Shown piece after piece: positions 50,462-60,846 of a stretch of DNA of 64,000 nt (positions within the stretch are counted from its first letter, which is position 1; every line of letters begins with the position of its first letter). A model generated the notes under the pieces. The model did no database searches. It had not been told where the DNA came from and worked only from the letters and a program-made list of their open reading frames with translations. Location: positions 19,877 through 83,876 of the forward strand of contig CAIKLL010000009.1 in NCBI GenBank assembly GCA_903828265.1, in the 5' to 3' direction. The stretch is from an uncultured Rickettsiales bacterium. GTDB taxonomy: Bacteria > Pseudomonadota > Alphaproteobacteria > Rickettsiales > Rickettsiaceae. The position numbers and the translations under genes were made by a program.

Positions 50462-50566
50462 TTACCTACAGCTTTAAATCTAAATAAAAAAAGAAAGCAA
50501 TTGAATATGAAATTTTATCCTAATATATTCTAGCTGTATCTTTAGTAAAATAACGAGAGAAAAAGA

Positions 50567-51727
50567 ATGCTCGAAAAATATGCGTGTATCCCAGAAAAAA
50601 CAAGAGGAAGAATATATCCAGAAAAGCCTACCCCGTATAGAAATGAATTTGAAAGAGATAGAGATCGTATAATTCACTCTAATTCTTTTAAAAGGCTACA
50701 ATATAAAACGCAAGTATTTGTTAACCATGAAGGAGATCATTATAGAAACCGTCTTACGCATTCTATAGAAGCATCGTCGATTGCAAGGTCATTATGTAAG
50801 GCTCTTAATTTATCTGATGATTTAGCAGAAGGAGTGGCACTTGCCCATGACCTCGGCCATTCACCTTTTGGCCATGCTGGTGAAGAAGCTTTAAATGAAT
50901 GTATGAAAGATTATGGCGGATTCTCACACAATGCTCACTCCTTTAAGATCTTAACGCATTTAGAGAACAAATATGCAGCCTATAATGGATTGAATTTAAC
51001 CTGGGAAGTATTAGAAGGAATCATAAAACATAACGGCCCCCTTACCTCTAAAGACCTCTCAAAATATATTGCTGATTACGATGCTCTGCACAATCTTGAG
51101 TTAAAAAAATATTCTTCTGCCGAAGCTCAAATTGCCTCTCTTTCGGATGATATAGCTTACATTACTCACGACTTAGAGGATAGTATAGGGGCCGAGATAA
51201 TAACTTATCAAGATCTTGAAGAGATAGAATTTATAGCTGAATACATACATAGTATTAAACACACGTATAAAAATATAGATAAAGCACGATTAATTTACGA
51301 AGTAGCACGCAAGTTAACCCATCACTTGATAAACAGTCTTTTATCACAGACAAGAAATAATATTAAAACACTTAAAATTGAAACAGAATCGGATATACGT
51401 AATTTAGGTCGTCCATTAGTAGAATTTACCGAAAATACTGTTAACGAGGTAAAACTAATAAAAGACTTCTTGTTTAGAAAAGTTTACAGACATCATAGGG
51501 TTGTAGCTGTTACATTGCAATGTCAGGACATTATTAAAAGTCTTTTTAAATTATATGCCGAAAATATAAACTTACTACCTTTTAGCTGGCGCCAGATGAT
51601 AAAAGATGATGTAAATAATTCAGAAATGTCTATAATAGCCGATTATATAGCTGGTATGACTGATAGATACGCAATAAAACAATATCAATCATTTTACAAT
51701 TTAAAATTTGCAAATGCTGATCTATGA
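50567..51727 (+). CDS. dgt: dGTPase-like HD-domain triphosphohydrolase
   Basis: [13 protein letters not shown]-type start ([20 protein letters not shown]) and HD motif HSIEAS...[13 protein letters not shown]. Confidence 0.85.
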   Translation: MLEKYACIPEKTRGRIYPEKPTPYRNEFERDRDRIIHSNSFKRLQYKTQVFVNHEGDHYRNRLTHSIEASSIARSLCKALNLSDDLAEGVALAHDLGHSPFGHAGEEALNECMKDYGGFSHNAHSFKILTHLENKYAAYNGLNLTWEVLEGIIKHNGPLTSKDLSKYIADYDALHNLELKKYSSAEAQIASLSDDIAYITHDLEDSIGAEIITYQDLEEIEFIAEYIHSIKHTYKNIDKARLIYEVARKLTHHLINSLLSQTRNNIKTLKIETESDIRNLGRPLVEFTENTVNEVKLIKDFLFRKVYRHHRVVAVTLQCQDIIKSLFKLYAENINLLPFSWRQMIKDDVNNSEMSIIADYIAGMTDRYAIKQYQSFYNLKFANADL

Positions 51728-53457
51728 ATATATTTAAGGAATTAGGAAGTGATCTTAAAAATAGATGCTTAGGAATCTGTACAGATTCAGAAATTTGGAA
51801 TCAAGCCACCTTAGAAGCTCCTAAGGATCCGTTAAACGGCGATATCTCAACTAATATAGCTATGCTAATTGCTGCAAGAACCGGTGAAAACCCTCGAGAA
51901 ATAGCTATTCAATTCAAGGAATTACTAGCCGATATACCGTATGTTGCCCATATAGAAGTTGCAGGCCCTGGCTTCATTAATTTTACTATAAAGGCAGAAA
52001 AATGGCACGATTGTATTAAAAGCATACTTAATAATAACAAAGATTTTTGGGAAGTTAATGTCGGTAACGGAACAAAAGTAAACGTTGAATATGTTTCTGC
52101 CAATCCAACTGGCCCAATGCATATAGGTCATGCCAGAGGAGCGGTCTATGGAGATGCCCTGGCAAATATTTTAAAAAAATGCGGTTACGAAGTTACTAAG
52201 GAATACTATGTAAATGATGCTGGCTCACAAATTGAGACATTAACGGATAGTTTACTGATCCGTTATAAAGAAGCTTTAAACGGCGAAAAAGCCATAATCC
52301 CTGAAGGCTTTTATCCAGGAGAGTATCTAGCTGTATTAGGCAAAAAACTAGCAGCAGATTATGGCTCTAAACTTCTTGACATGGATGAGGCTTCAATGCG
52401 CCAGAAGCTTAGAAAAATTGCAGTTTCTGAAATGTTAGAATTAATTAAGCTAGATCTTGAAAAACTGGGAGTTAAACATGATGTTTTTACTTCCGAACAA
52501 AGCTTGCATGATACTGGTAAAATAGATGAAGCAGTCGCAACTCTAACTAAAATGGGATTAATATATTACGGTACTCTACCGCCACCTAAAGGAAAAATAG
52601 ATGAAAATTGGCAAGAGAAAGAACAATTATTGCTGAGGTCTTCTAATTATGGTGACGATCAAGATAGACCTATCCAAAAAAGCGACGGCTCATGGTCTTA
52701 TTTAGCTGCAGATTTTGCTTACGCAAAAGATAAAATAGATCGAGGTTTTGAGTATTTAATTTATATATTGGGAGCTGATCATAGTGGCTACGTTAAACGC
52801 ATAAAAGCTGTTATTGAAGCTCTAAGTCAAGGTAAAGTAAAAAGTGACATTCGCACTAGTCAGCTTGTGAATTTTGTAAAGGGAACTGAACCGATTAAAA
52901 TGTCAAAAAGAAGTGGGAATTTCATGACTGTTAGCGATGTAATAAATGAAGTTGGTAAAGATATTATCCGCTTTATTATGCTCACCCGCAGAAATGACGT
53001 CACCTTAGATTTTGATTTTGCAAAAGTTAAAGAACAGTCAAAAGATAACCCTGTATTTTATGTACAATATGCCCATGTCCGGGCTAAATCGATTTTAGCA
53101 AAAGCAAAAGAAACTCTTCCTTTAGCTTATGAAATTTTTACAAAGAGAGAGTTTAACCTCTCGCTTCTTAATTCAGAAGAAGAAATCCAGTTAATCAAAC
53201 TTCTTGCTTCTTGGCCAAAGATCTTGTCATCATCTGCCATAACACGGGAACCGCAAAAAATTGCCTATTATTTAATCGATATTGCCTCTAGATTTCACTC
53301 TATCTGGAATCTCGGTAAAGAAAATAACGATTATCGTTTTAATATAGAGGATAATCCAGAATTAACAGCAGCAAGATTAGCTTTAGTTGAAAGTATAAGA
53401 AAAGTAATAGCTAGTGGATTTGAGCTGATAGGTGTTACTCCTATGGACAAAATGTAA
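51724..53457 (+). CDS. argS: arginine--tRNA ligase
   Basis: [15 protein letters not shown] (HIGH) and the MSKRSGN region. 577 aa ending ...PMDKM. Confidence 0.95.
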   Translation: MNIFKELGSDLKNRCLGICTDSEIWNQATLEAPKDPLNGDISTNIAMLIAARTGENPREIAIQFKELLADIPYVAHIEVAGPGFINFTIKAEKWHDCIKSILNNNKDFWEVNVGNGTKVNVEYVSANPTGPMHIGHARGAVYGDALANILKKCGYEVTKEYYVNDAGSQIETLTDSLLIRYKEALNGEKAIIPEGFYPGEYLAVLGKKLAADYGSKLLDMDEASMRQKLRKIAVSEMLELIKLDLEKLGVKHDVFTSEQSLHDTGKIDEAVATLTKMGLIYYGTLPPPKGKIDENWQEKEQLLLRSSNYGDDQDRPIQKSDGSWSYLAADFAYAKDKIDRGFEYLIYILGADHSGYVKRIKAVIEALSQGKVKSDIRTSQLVNFVKGTEPIKMSKRSGNFMTVSDVINEVGKDIIRFIMLTRRNDVTLDFDFAKVKEQSKDNPVFYVQYAHVRAKSILAKAKETLPLAYEIFTKREFNLSLLNSEEEIQLIKLLASWPKILSSSAITREPQKIAYYLIDIASRFHSIWNLGKENNDYRFNIEDNPELTAARLALVESIRKVIASGFELIGVTPMDKM

Positions 53458-53515
53458 AACATAATAAATTTTTGCGGTGTTGAGGTTTAACTTATTTATT
53501 TTATGAGTTTAAATC

Positions 53516-54331
53516 TCAACTATTCCCAATTATCTCACTGGACAAATCCTTAAATCTAGAAGCTTTATTAAACAGGGTAAAAAAATTATCGGTAGTTTGT
53601 TTTGCACATTCCTCAAACGTTATTCCTTTTAAATTAGAAATCACTTCTGCAACATATTTTACGTAAGAAGGTTCATTTGTTTTACCTCTCTGAGGAACCG
53701 GGGTAAGGTATGGGGAATCAGTCTCGACCAGAAGCCTATCTAAAGGTATAAATTTGATAATAGATCTTAATTCATCAGCATTTTTAAAAGTGACAATTCC
53801 AGCAACTGAAATATAGAAACCAAGATCTAGTATTTTTCGAGCAAATCTTTCTGAAGCTGTAAAACAATGGATAAGACCAGGAAAATTGAAAGTTTTTTTG
53901 TATGAAGCTATTATATCATACGTATCTTCTTCAGCTTCTCGCGTATGAACTATAATCGGTAATTTATTTTCACAAGAAGCTTTAATATGTTCTTCAAAAG
54001 ACTGTTTCTGAAGTTTTTGCTGCGTAGTATCCTTATTATAATGATAATCTAACCCTGTTTCTCCCAACCCTACCACTCGATCGTTTTTAGCCAGGTTAAT
54101 TAATTCTGAAGCACTTATTACTTCCCTTACCTCACTTGGATGGATGCCAATTGAGGCAAACACATTTCTATAATTTTCTGCAATAACCAAAATTTTAGGA
54201 AAATCTTCAAGTCTTGTACAAATTGTCTGCATATAATGTACATTTGACTCAATAGCACGTTTAATTATATTATCATGTGAATCATAGCCTACGAGCATAT
54301 CTAGATGGCAATGTGAATCTACCAAGATCAT
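53516..54331 (-). CDS. tatD: TatD-family metal-dependent hydrolase
   Basis: MILVDSHCHLD start, GETGLDY, ETDSPYL motifs. Confidence 0.85.
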   Translation of the reverse strand: MILVDSHCHLDMLVGYDSHDNIIKRAIESNVHYMQTICTRLEDFPKILVIAENYRNVFASIGIHPSEVREVISASELINLAKNDRVVGLGETGLDYHYNKDTTQQKLQKQSFEEHIKASCENKLPIIVHTREAEEDTYDIIASYKKTFNFPGLIHCFTASERFARKILDLGFYISVAGIVTFKNADELRSIIKFIPLDRLLVETDSPYLTPVPQRGKTNEPSYVKYVAEVISNLKGITFEECAKQTTDNFFTLFNKASRFKDLSSEIIGNS

Positions 54332-54343
54332 ATATTTTTCCCA

Positions 54344-55882
54344 TTAATTCCTTATTTCTAACCTTGGAAAAATCGGCCGTGGCTCGCTTATTCTAGTACA
54401 AGGTTTAATGGCAAACTCTTGGGTTAAATGCCTAAAATTGCGATTACCCTCTGGAACACTCAGTTGATCTAAAATTTTTGCTGCGGAATCAGGAATAAAC
54501 GGTTGCATTAAAATACCAATATATCTAACTGTTTCAACGATTCTGTATAAAACTTCATTCATTTTACGAGGGTCCGAGTTTTTGAGGTTCCAGGGTGCTT
54601 CCCGATCTATATAAATATTTGATTGTTCGGTTATGTACATAATATGATCTAGAACAGCGTTAATGTTGTAATTTTCCATTTGAGTTATGGAATCATTAAC
54701 AATACTCTGTAATTGAATAAAAAACGTATCCTGATACATTTTTTCTATAAATTCTTTGGATACATCAGGTATCTTTTGTTCACAATTTTTAAAGATAAAA
54801 GAACAAGTACGCTGTATCAGATTACCAATTTTATTAGAGAGTTCAGTATTGTTCCGTTGGATTAAATTATCTTGGGAATAATTCCCGTCATTACCAAATA
54901 TAACTTCCCTCATCAGGAAATATCTTACCTGGTCTAGACCAAAATCTTCAATAAGTTTAAACGGATCGATAACATTACCGAGGGATTTTGATATTTTTTG
55001 TCCCTCATTAGTCCACCAACCATGTGCAACAATTGATTTTGGTAAAGGAAGACCGGCGGCCATCAAAAAAGCCGGCCAATAAATAGCATGAAATCTTAAA
55101 ATATCCTTACCTACAACGTGAGCATCAGCAGGCCAAAATTTGCTGTAATTACCTGTTTTATCTGGATAACCAAGAGCTGAGATATAATTCGTTAAAGCAT
55201 CAAGCCATACATAAATTATATGCTTTTCATCTCCCGGAACAGGAATACCCCATTTAAAGCTAGTTCTTGAAATTGATAAATCCATGAGGCCATTTTTTAC
55301 AAAACTTATCACTTCGTTCCTTCTAGTTTTAGGTACTATAAATTCAGGATTTGCCTCGTAAAATTCTAATAATTTATTTTGCCATTTTGATAGAGCAAAA
55401 AAATAACTAGGTTCCTCTAACCACTCAACCGGTGCCCCTGTTGGAGCTAATCCTTCGGAGGTTAATTCAGATTCATCATAAAAAGCTTCATCTCGAACAG
55501 AATACCAACCCGAATACTTACCAAGATATACATCTCCGTTTTTGTACAATCTATTCCAAAACGCCTTTACCCCTAACTTGTGCCTCTCTTCGGTAGTTCT
55601 AATAAAATCAGAATTTGCAATATTTAATGCTTTTAGCAAATTTCTAAAATTTACAGACATTTTATCGGTAAACTCCTGAGGAGAAAGACCGTTATTTAGA
55701 GCTGATTTTTCGACTTTTTGCCCATGCTCATCAGTCCCACTTAAGTACCAAACTTCTTTACCCGCTAATTTCATGAACCTGGCAATTACATCGCATGCAA
55801 GACTCGTATACGCATGACCTATATGAGGCACATCATTAACATAATATATAGGGGTGGTAATATAAAATCTGTTGTTTGACAC
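54344..55882 (-). CDS. metG: methionine--tRNA ligase
   Basis: HIGH-type PHIGHAYT and KMSKS-type KISKSLGN. 512 aa, no C-terminal Trbp111-like domain. Confidence 0.95.
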   Translation of the reverse strand: MSNNRFYITTPIYYVNDVPHIGHAYTSLACDVIARFMKLAGKEVWYLSGTDEHGQKVEKSALNNGLSPQEFTDKMSVNFRNLLKALNIANSDFIRTTEERHKLGVKAFWNRLYKNGDVYLGKYSGWYSVRDEAFYDESELTSEGLAPTGAPVEWLEEPSYFFALSKWQNKLLEFYEANPEFIVPKTRRNEVISFVKNGLMDLSISRTSFKWGIPVPGDEKHIIYVWLDALTNYISALGYPDKTGNYSKFWPADAHVVGKDILRFHAIYWPAFLMAAGLPLPKSIVAHGWWTNEGQKISKSLGNVIDPFKLIEDFGLDQVRYFLMREVIFGNDGNYSQDNLIQRNNTELSNKIGNLIQRTCSFIFKNCEQKIPDVSKEFIEKMYQDTFFIQLQSIVNDSITQMENYNINAVLDHIMYITEQSNIYIDREAPWNLKNSDPRKMNEVLYRIVETVRYIGILMQPFIPDSAAKILDQLSVPEGNRNFRHLTQEFAIKPCTRISEPRPIFPRLEIRN

Positions 55883-55956
55883 TTCTTTATAATTTATTTA
55901 GATTAGAAAAGAATTAATGATAACTAAATTATGTTCTTTTTCAACAATTTTGCCTA

Positions 55957-56355
55957 TTAACCTAGTACTTTAGTGATTATTTCAATTAAATCAGATTGTG
56001 CATAAGGTTTATAAATTATTTCAACTGATTCATCTGCCAGCTGCTTTTTCAATTCTGTTTCTTGGCATGGAATACCACTCTGAAAAATAAAAGGAATATT
56101 AGCGAGTTTTTCGTCTTTCCTAAAAATTTTATATATTTCATAACCGCTTATATCTGGCAACATAATATCAGACAAAACTAAGCAAATGTGATTAGCATAT
56201 TTCTTACCAAGAGAAATAGCTTCTTGGCCATTATTAGCATTTATAACCTTATATTTTGTAAAATTAGGTATTACAAGGTTAACCAAAGTATGACAAATTT
56301 TCTCATCATCAACGAATAATATAGTATTTTTTTCTAAAGGACTTTCTTTGTTCAC
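55957..56355 (-). CDS. single-domain response regulator (receiver only)
   Basis: Acidic pocket FVDDE, phospho-acceptor Asp in LVLSDIMLPDISG, conserved S (FQSG) and K (IYKPY). GTG start, no output domain. Confidence 0.8.
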   Translation of the reverse strand: MNKESPLEKNTILFVDDEKICHTLVNLVIPNFTKYKVINANNGQEAISLGKKYANHICLVLSDIMLPDISGYEIYKIFRKDEKLANIPFIFQSGIPCQETELKKQLADESVEIIYKPYAQSDLIEIITKVLG

Positions 56356-56449
56356 AACTTTCTCTCTATAGAAATTTATATAATACGTACATGCCTCTAT
56401 GATTTCCGGCCAGGCTTTATATTTAGCATAGCCTCTACCTCTTCATCGC

Positions 56450-56690
56450 TCAACCATATATGCTCTTGGAATAAAACCTTAAACTTTGATATTGTGGGGT
56501 AATCAGCACATAATCCAAGTCAAATAAAACAATGGTGTCTTTGCCATCAAATTGAGAAGTGTGTGTTTTAACCTCATTAACTGATGGTGCTTGTACAACT
56601 TGAACATTTACCTTAAAAGCAAAAAGGCCTATAAATACCATGAACCCAGTCTTAGCACTTAATTTATATTTTGTTCAAATAATTTTTCAT
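56450..56690 (-). pseudogene. N-terminal fragment of a secreted HAD-like hydrolase (frameshifted, truncated)
   Basis: MKNYLNKI (ATG 56690) then a stop, continuing in another frame as ...MVFIGLFAFKV... with HAD motif I VLFDLDYVLI. The ORF ends after 63 aa and nothing HAD-like follows. Confidence 0.3.
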
Positions 56691-56820
56691 TCTTATAGAT
56701 TTTTTTGATCCTAGCTAATAAATAATAAGTCCTGCCGGATCAAGAAATCCAAAAGATTCTTTTTTAGTTTTCTTAAATATTGTAAGTCTTACTTGTAGTA
56801 ATTTATGAAGCTCACACTTT

Positions 56821-57531
56821 CTATCTTGCTAGAGAAAAACTTATATTAGTTCCACCTGTTTCATTATTCGTTGCCCAAATTTCTCCCCCATGGGCTAAAA
56901 CAATTTCTCTACATATAGCAAGACCTAAACCAGAACCTTTAAGTGATTCGTTAACATTTGAGCTTTGCTTAAAAGCCTCAAAAATACTGCTGAGTTCTTT
57001 CGGCGGTACTCCTACTCCATCATCAATAACCGAAATTACCAAATTTTTACTATTTATTGTTTTTTCTGAATTAATTTTAACTTTAATATTTTTAGCCCGA
57101 GAATGTTTCAGCGCATTACTTATCAAATTGGATACTAACTGCTTTATCCAAAATTGATCTATACTAATATTTATTTCTTCATCTTTGCACTCTAAAAAGA
57201 GATTTACCGAATTTTTATCAGTAATAAAAAGATTATTTCTTTCTACCGCAGCTTCAACTACCTTTATTATGTCTACTTTTTCAAAATGAAAATTTATATT
57301 ATTATCGCTAAAATTAGCTATTTGAAATAATTTCTCTACAATATCTTCAAGAGTACAGGCGGATTCAAATATATCATTCATGCATGTTTTTTTCGTTTTT
57401 TCATCCAATATTTCCCAATTGTTACGAAGGTATTCAGCAAGTCCTTTTATTCCATGAACTGGTGTTCTTAATTCATGGCTAACTTTAGAAAAGAATGAAG
57501 TATTATTAAAAATTGTTTTAAAATCCTGCAT
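56821..57531 (-). CDS. sensorless histidine kinase core (DHp + HATPase_c only)
   Basis: H-box VSHELRTPVHG within the first 30 residues, N-box NLISNALKHS, G1 DDGVGV, G2 GSGLGLAICREIV. 236 aa, no TM or sensor domain, no SD upstream. Confidence 0.7.
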   Translation of the reverse strand: MQDFKTIFNNTSFFSKVSHELRTPVHGIKGLAEYLRNNWEILDEKTKKTCMNDIFESACTLEDIVEKLFQIANFSDNNINFHFEKVDIIKVVEAAVERNNLFITDKNSVNLFLECKDEEINISIDQFWIKQLVSNLISNALKHSRAKNIKVKINSEKTINSKNLVISVIDDGVGVPPKELSSIFEAFKQSSNVNESLKGSGLGLAICREIVLAHGGEIWATNNETGGTNISFSLAR

Positions 57532-57550
57532 AAATAGATTAAATCTATTT
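57532..57550. repeat. 19-bp perfect palindrome abutting the kinase start codon
   Basis: AAATAGATT-A-AATCTATTT immediately 5' of the ATG at 57531-57529 (minus strand). Confidence 0.6.
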
Positions 57551-57758
57551 TAGAAAAATGACCAATGATAGCAGATGGTAACATACTCACCTTTTAATGT
57601 CCATTTTTTATTTCACCTTAAGTTGAGTCAAAATTAGTAATTTTATTATTATGTTTTCCATAAAATTAAAAGCTTAACCGTAACTGACACTAGACTTCAT
57701 TTTGATAAACAATTATACTTTCTATCTGCATAATAAAAATAAGGGTTGCATCAAAAAA

Positions 57759-58550
57759 ATGTCTATAAAAATTCATAACAAAGATGACTTTATTAAAATG
57801 CGGGCAGCAGGGAAGTTAGCTGCTCAAACGCTTGATTTTATTACAGATTATGTAAAACCCGGGGTAACAACAAATTATCTGGACAGTTTATGCTATGAAT
57901 TTATCACGGCAAATAACGGCATACCAGCTCCTCTTAACTATAAAGGCTTCCCTAAATCAATATGTACTTCAGTAAATCACGTAGTGTGTCACGGCATACC
58001 TTCAGATAAAAAATTGAAAATAGGTGATATACTTAATATTGATGTAACCGTAATATTAGACGGGTGGCATGGAGATACTAGTAGAATGTTTTATGTCGGT
58101 GAAGTAGCTATTAAACCTAAAAGGCTTATTCAGGTTACGTATGAAGCCATGATGATTGGTATAGAAATGATAAAACCGGGGATAAGACTCGGAGATATCG
58201 GTCATGCTATTCAAAAACATGTTGAAAAACATAATTATTCAGTGGTAAGGGATTATACTGGCCACGGTATTGGTAAAATATTTCATGATGAACCTACGGT
58301 TCTACATTATGGCAAACCCCAGACCGGTCTTATGTTAAAAGAAGGAATGTTTTTTACCGTTGAACCTATGGTAAACGCTGGCAGTTATGAAACTATATTG
58401 AGCAAGATAGACGGCTGGACCGTAACTACGCGGGATAAATCTTTATCAGCACAATTCGAGCATACCGTGGGCGTCACTGATAGCGGAGTGGAAATTTTCA
58501 CACTTTCAGAGAAAAATTTACTATATCCCCCATATGCAAACATCAAATGA
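57759..58550 (+). CDS. map: methionine aminopeptidase type I
   Basis: Start at MSIKIHNKDDFIKMRAAG (ATG 57759). Metal-site contexts DVTVILDGWHGDTSRMF, GHGIG, FTVEPM, QFEHTV. Confidence 0.95.
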   Translation: MSIKIHNKDDFIKMRAAGKLAAQTLDFITDYVKPGVTTNYLDSLCYEFITANNGIPAPLNYKGFPKSICTSVNHVVCHGIPSDKKLKIGDILNIDVTVILDGWHGDTSRMFYVGEVAIKPKRLIQVTYEAMMIGIEMIKPGIRLGDIGHAIQKHVEKHNYSVVRDYTGHGIGKIFHDEPTVLHYGKPQTGLMLKEGMFFTVEPMVNAGSYETILSKIDGWTVTTRDKSLSAQFEHTVGVTDSGVEIFTLSEKNLLYPPYANIK

Positions 58551-59226
58551 GAAATTGCCACATTATGTGGGGCATAGAAAACGTCAAAAAGATAAATTTC
58601 TTAAAAACCCTGCAAGTAGTTTTAGTGATTATGAATTAATTGAATTAATGCTTTTTTCATCTATTCCTAGAAAAGATGTAAAACCTTTAGCAAAAGAATT
58701 GTTAAGCAAGTTTGGTAATTTAAATAATTTAGTTAACACATCGAGAGAAAAATTATCGGAAGTTAAAGGTACGAACCAAAACTTTTTCATAAGCCTACAA
58801 ATAATTAGAGAATTAATGAATAGAGTTCTTATGAATCAAGTTATAAATACTAATGTTATCGGTTCATGGGGAACTTTACTTGAATATTTAAAGTTTAATA
58901 TGGGTAACTTGCAGATTGAACAATTCCGTGTTTTATTTTTAAATAAAAAAAATAGCTTAATAGCCGATGAAATAATGGCTAGCGGTACTATTGATCAAAC
59001 ACCTGTTTACCCGAGAGAAATAATAAAAAGGATTTTAGCACATGAGGCCACAGCAATTATTCTCGTTCACAATCATCCGAGCGGAAGCGCAAAACCTTCT
59101 AGCTCAGATATTGAGTTAACAGCACAAATAGTTAATGCTTGTAAGGCTGTGAATGTAAGTGTGCATGATCATGTAATTATCGGAAAGAGTGAATATTACA
59201 GTTTTAAAACAAATATGTTATTATGA
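58534..59226 (+). CDS. radC: RadC-family JAB-domain protein
   Basis: HhH-like N-terminal half and JAMM motif ILVHNHPSGSAKPSSSD. Confidence 0.85.
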   Translation: MQTSNEKLPHYVGHRKRQKDKFLKNPASSFSDYELIELMLFSSIPRKDVKPLAKELLSKFGNLNNLVNTSREKLSEVKGTNQNFFISLQIIRELMNRVLMNQVINTNVIGSWGTLLEYLKFNMGNLQIEQFRVLFLNKKNSLIADEIMASGTIDQTPVYPREIIKRILAHEATAIILVHNHPSGSAKPSSSDIELTAQIVNACKAVNVSVHDHVIIGKSEYYSFKTNMLL

Positions 59227-60224
59227 ATAACCTTCTTTCGCTTTCAATACTTATTTTATCATCCTTTTTATTATCAATAATCCTGGTAAAATGGCTTATA
59301 AGCATTACTTCTCGCTTTAATATCATTGATAAACCAAGCAGTAGAAGGGTTCATTCCAAGCCTACTCCCAGAGGTGGTGGACTAGCATTCGTAATAACCT
59401 TTTGTTTATTATTTCCAACCTTTGAGTATTTTTGTTTAGGAGAATTATATAATTCTGGGAAGGTTATTTTAATATTTGCACCGATTGCCTTAGTTTCATT
59501 CTTAGATGATATAGCGGAAGTACCGATATTATTTAGATTATTAATCCATATAATATGTTCTGTTTTAGCAGTTATGTGGCTTATTCATCCCCATAAAATT
59601 CTTCACAGCGAAGTATCGCTAAATGTAGATCTGATTATCGGGTCTTTTGCATTGCTAACTTTTTTAAATATTTATAATTTCCTTGATGGAATTGATGGAA
59701 TAACAGTTTCCGAATCTATACATCTTTCGCTAGTAATCCTAATTCTTTGCTTTATTAAATATGATATCATTCCGAATGTCCGAATAATTATTACTATAGC
59801 TTCTATAATTTTCGGATGGTCATGTGGATTTATTTTATTTAATTGGCAACCGGCTAGTATTTTTATTGGCGATGTAGGAAGCATCAGTCTTGGTTTTATC
59901 CTAGGTATTTGCTTATTAACAGTTGCTTCTGGAAGCGACAGACTATTTGCTGCCTGTGTAATCTCATCTTTGTACTATATTGCTGACGGCAGTTTAACTT
60001 TATTAATTAGATTAGTAAAAAGGGAAAAGATTTGGCAGCCACACTTGCAACACTTTTTCCAAAAGGCCGTAAAAAAAGGCCTCAGCCATAAAGTAGTAGT
60101 ACTAAGAATAATAAAATGTAATTTTATTCTTATGTTACTCTCTATAGGATCACTATTTTATCCTGTTACTTGTATTATTCTCGGTGTACTAACCGTAGGG
60201 GTTACGTTAATTAGGTCAGTATAA
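59223..60224 (+). CDS. polyprenyl-phosphate N-acetylhexosamine-1-phosphate transferase (MraY/WecA/WbpL family)
   Basis: About 10 TM with NIYNFLDGIDGIT (the N-x-x-N-x-x-DG-x-DG motif) and FIGDVGS. 333 aa. Confidence 0.75.
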   Translation: MNNLLSLSILILSSFLLSIILVKWLISITSRFNIIDKPSSRRVHSKPTPRGGGLAFVITFCLLFPTFEYFCLGELYNSGKVILIFAPIALVSFLDDIAEVPILFRLLIHIICSVLAVMWLIHPHKILHSEVSLNVDLIIGSFALLTFLNIYNFLDGIDGITVSESIHLSLVILILCFIKYDIIPNVRIIITIASIIFGWSCGFILFNWQPASIFIGDVGSISLGFILGICLLTVASGSDRLFAACVISSLYYIADGSLTLLIRLVKREKIWQPHLQHFFQKAVKKGLSHKVVVLRIIKCNFILMLLSIGSLFYPVTCIILGVLTVGVTLIRSV

Positions 60225-60225
60225 T

Positions 60226-60534
60226 ATGAAACCTATAATTGAAAACGTTAATAAAATTATTTATAAAATTTATAAAAACAAAAATCCGGTATTAGCTGAT
60301 ATAATAATCAATTGGCCCAAAATAGTTGGAGTAAAATATAGCCAGAACACCTTACCGCTAAAAATTAATACTTTAAGAGATAAAAATAAGAAAATTAATA
60401 TATTAATGGTAGAAGTTAGCAATGCTGCTACCTCAGTAGAAATAGCTTTTCAACAAGACATTATTATTGAAAGACTAGCTGTTTATATGGGTTATAAAGC
60501 AATAAACAAAATTAGAACTATTGTAAAAATATAA
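60226..60534 (+). CDS. DUF721/DciA-like protein
   Basis: 102 aa with ...INWPKIVGVKYSQNTLPLKI...INILMVEVSNAATSVEIAFQQDIIIERL...INKIR, the DUF721 pattern (W..IVG...t.P..l....L.V.V.....a.e......I..rl). Confidence 0.55.
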   Translation: MKPIIENVNKIIYKIYKNKNPVLADIIINWPKIVGVKYSQNTLPLKINTLRDKNKKINILMVEVSNAATSVEIAFQQDIIIERLAVYMGYKAINKIRTIVKI

Positions 60535-60846
60535 ATGATAAACGAAAAAGACTTTACAAGAGAAGTAACTAGAATAATTAACCTTATTGCCCAAACAATT
60601 GAGGATTATGATACAGCGGGAAATATAGATGTTGATATTAATGGTGATATATTGAATATTACTACCCAATCCGGCGTATTTGTTCTGAATAAACAATTAT
60701 CTGTAAAAGAAATCTGGCTTTCCTCACCGATCAGCGGCCCTTACCATTTTTTCTATGACGGTAAAACATGGAAATCTAAATTAGGAAAAGATTTGTTTAG
60801 TGTTTTATCTAAAGATTTAGAAATTCAGATTAAGGATTTATTATGA
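60535..60846 (+). CDS. cyaY: iron-sulfur cluster assembly protein CyaY (frataxin)
   Basis: FTREVTRIINLIAQTIEDYD...DVDINGDILNITTQSGVFVLNKQLSVKEIWLSSPISGPYHF is canonical CyaY. Confidence 0.85.
   Translation: MINEKDFTREVTRIINLIAQTIEDYDTAGNIDVDINGDILNITTQSGVFVLNKQLSVKEIWLSSPISGPYHFFYDGKTWKSKLGKDLFSVLSKDLEIQIKDLL

Noticed and set aside
53479-53520. 12-bp stem (GTTGAGGTTTAA ... TTAAATCTCAAC, one G-U pair) between argS and tatD as a bidirectional intrinsic terminator
   Set aside because: The 18-nt loop is large, neither side has a U-tract, and the right arm overlaps the tatD stop codon. It is plausible but not convincing as a Rho-independent terminator.
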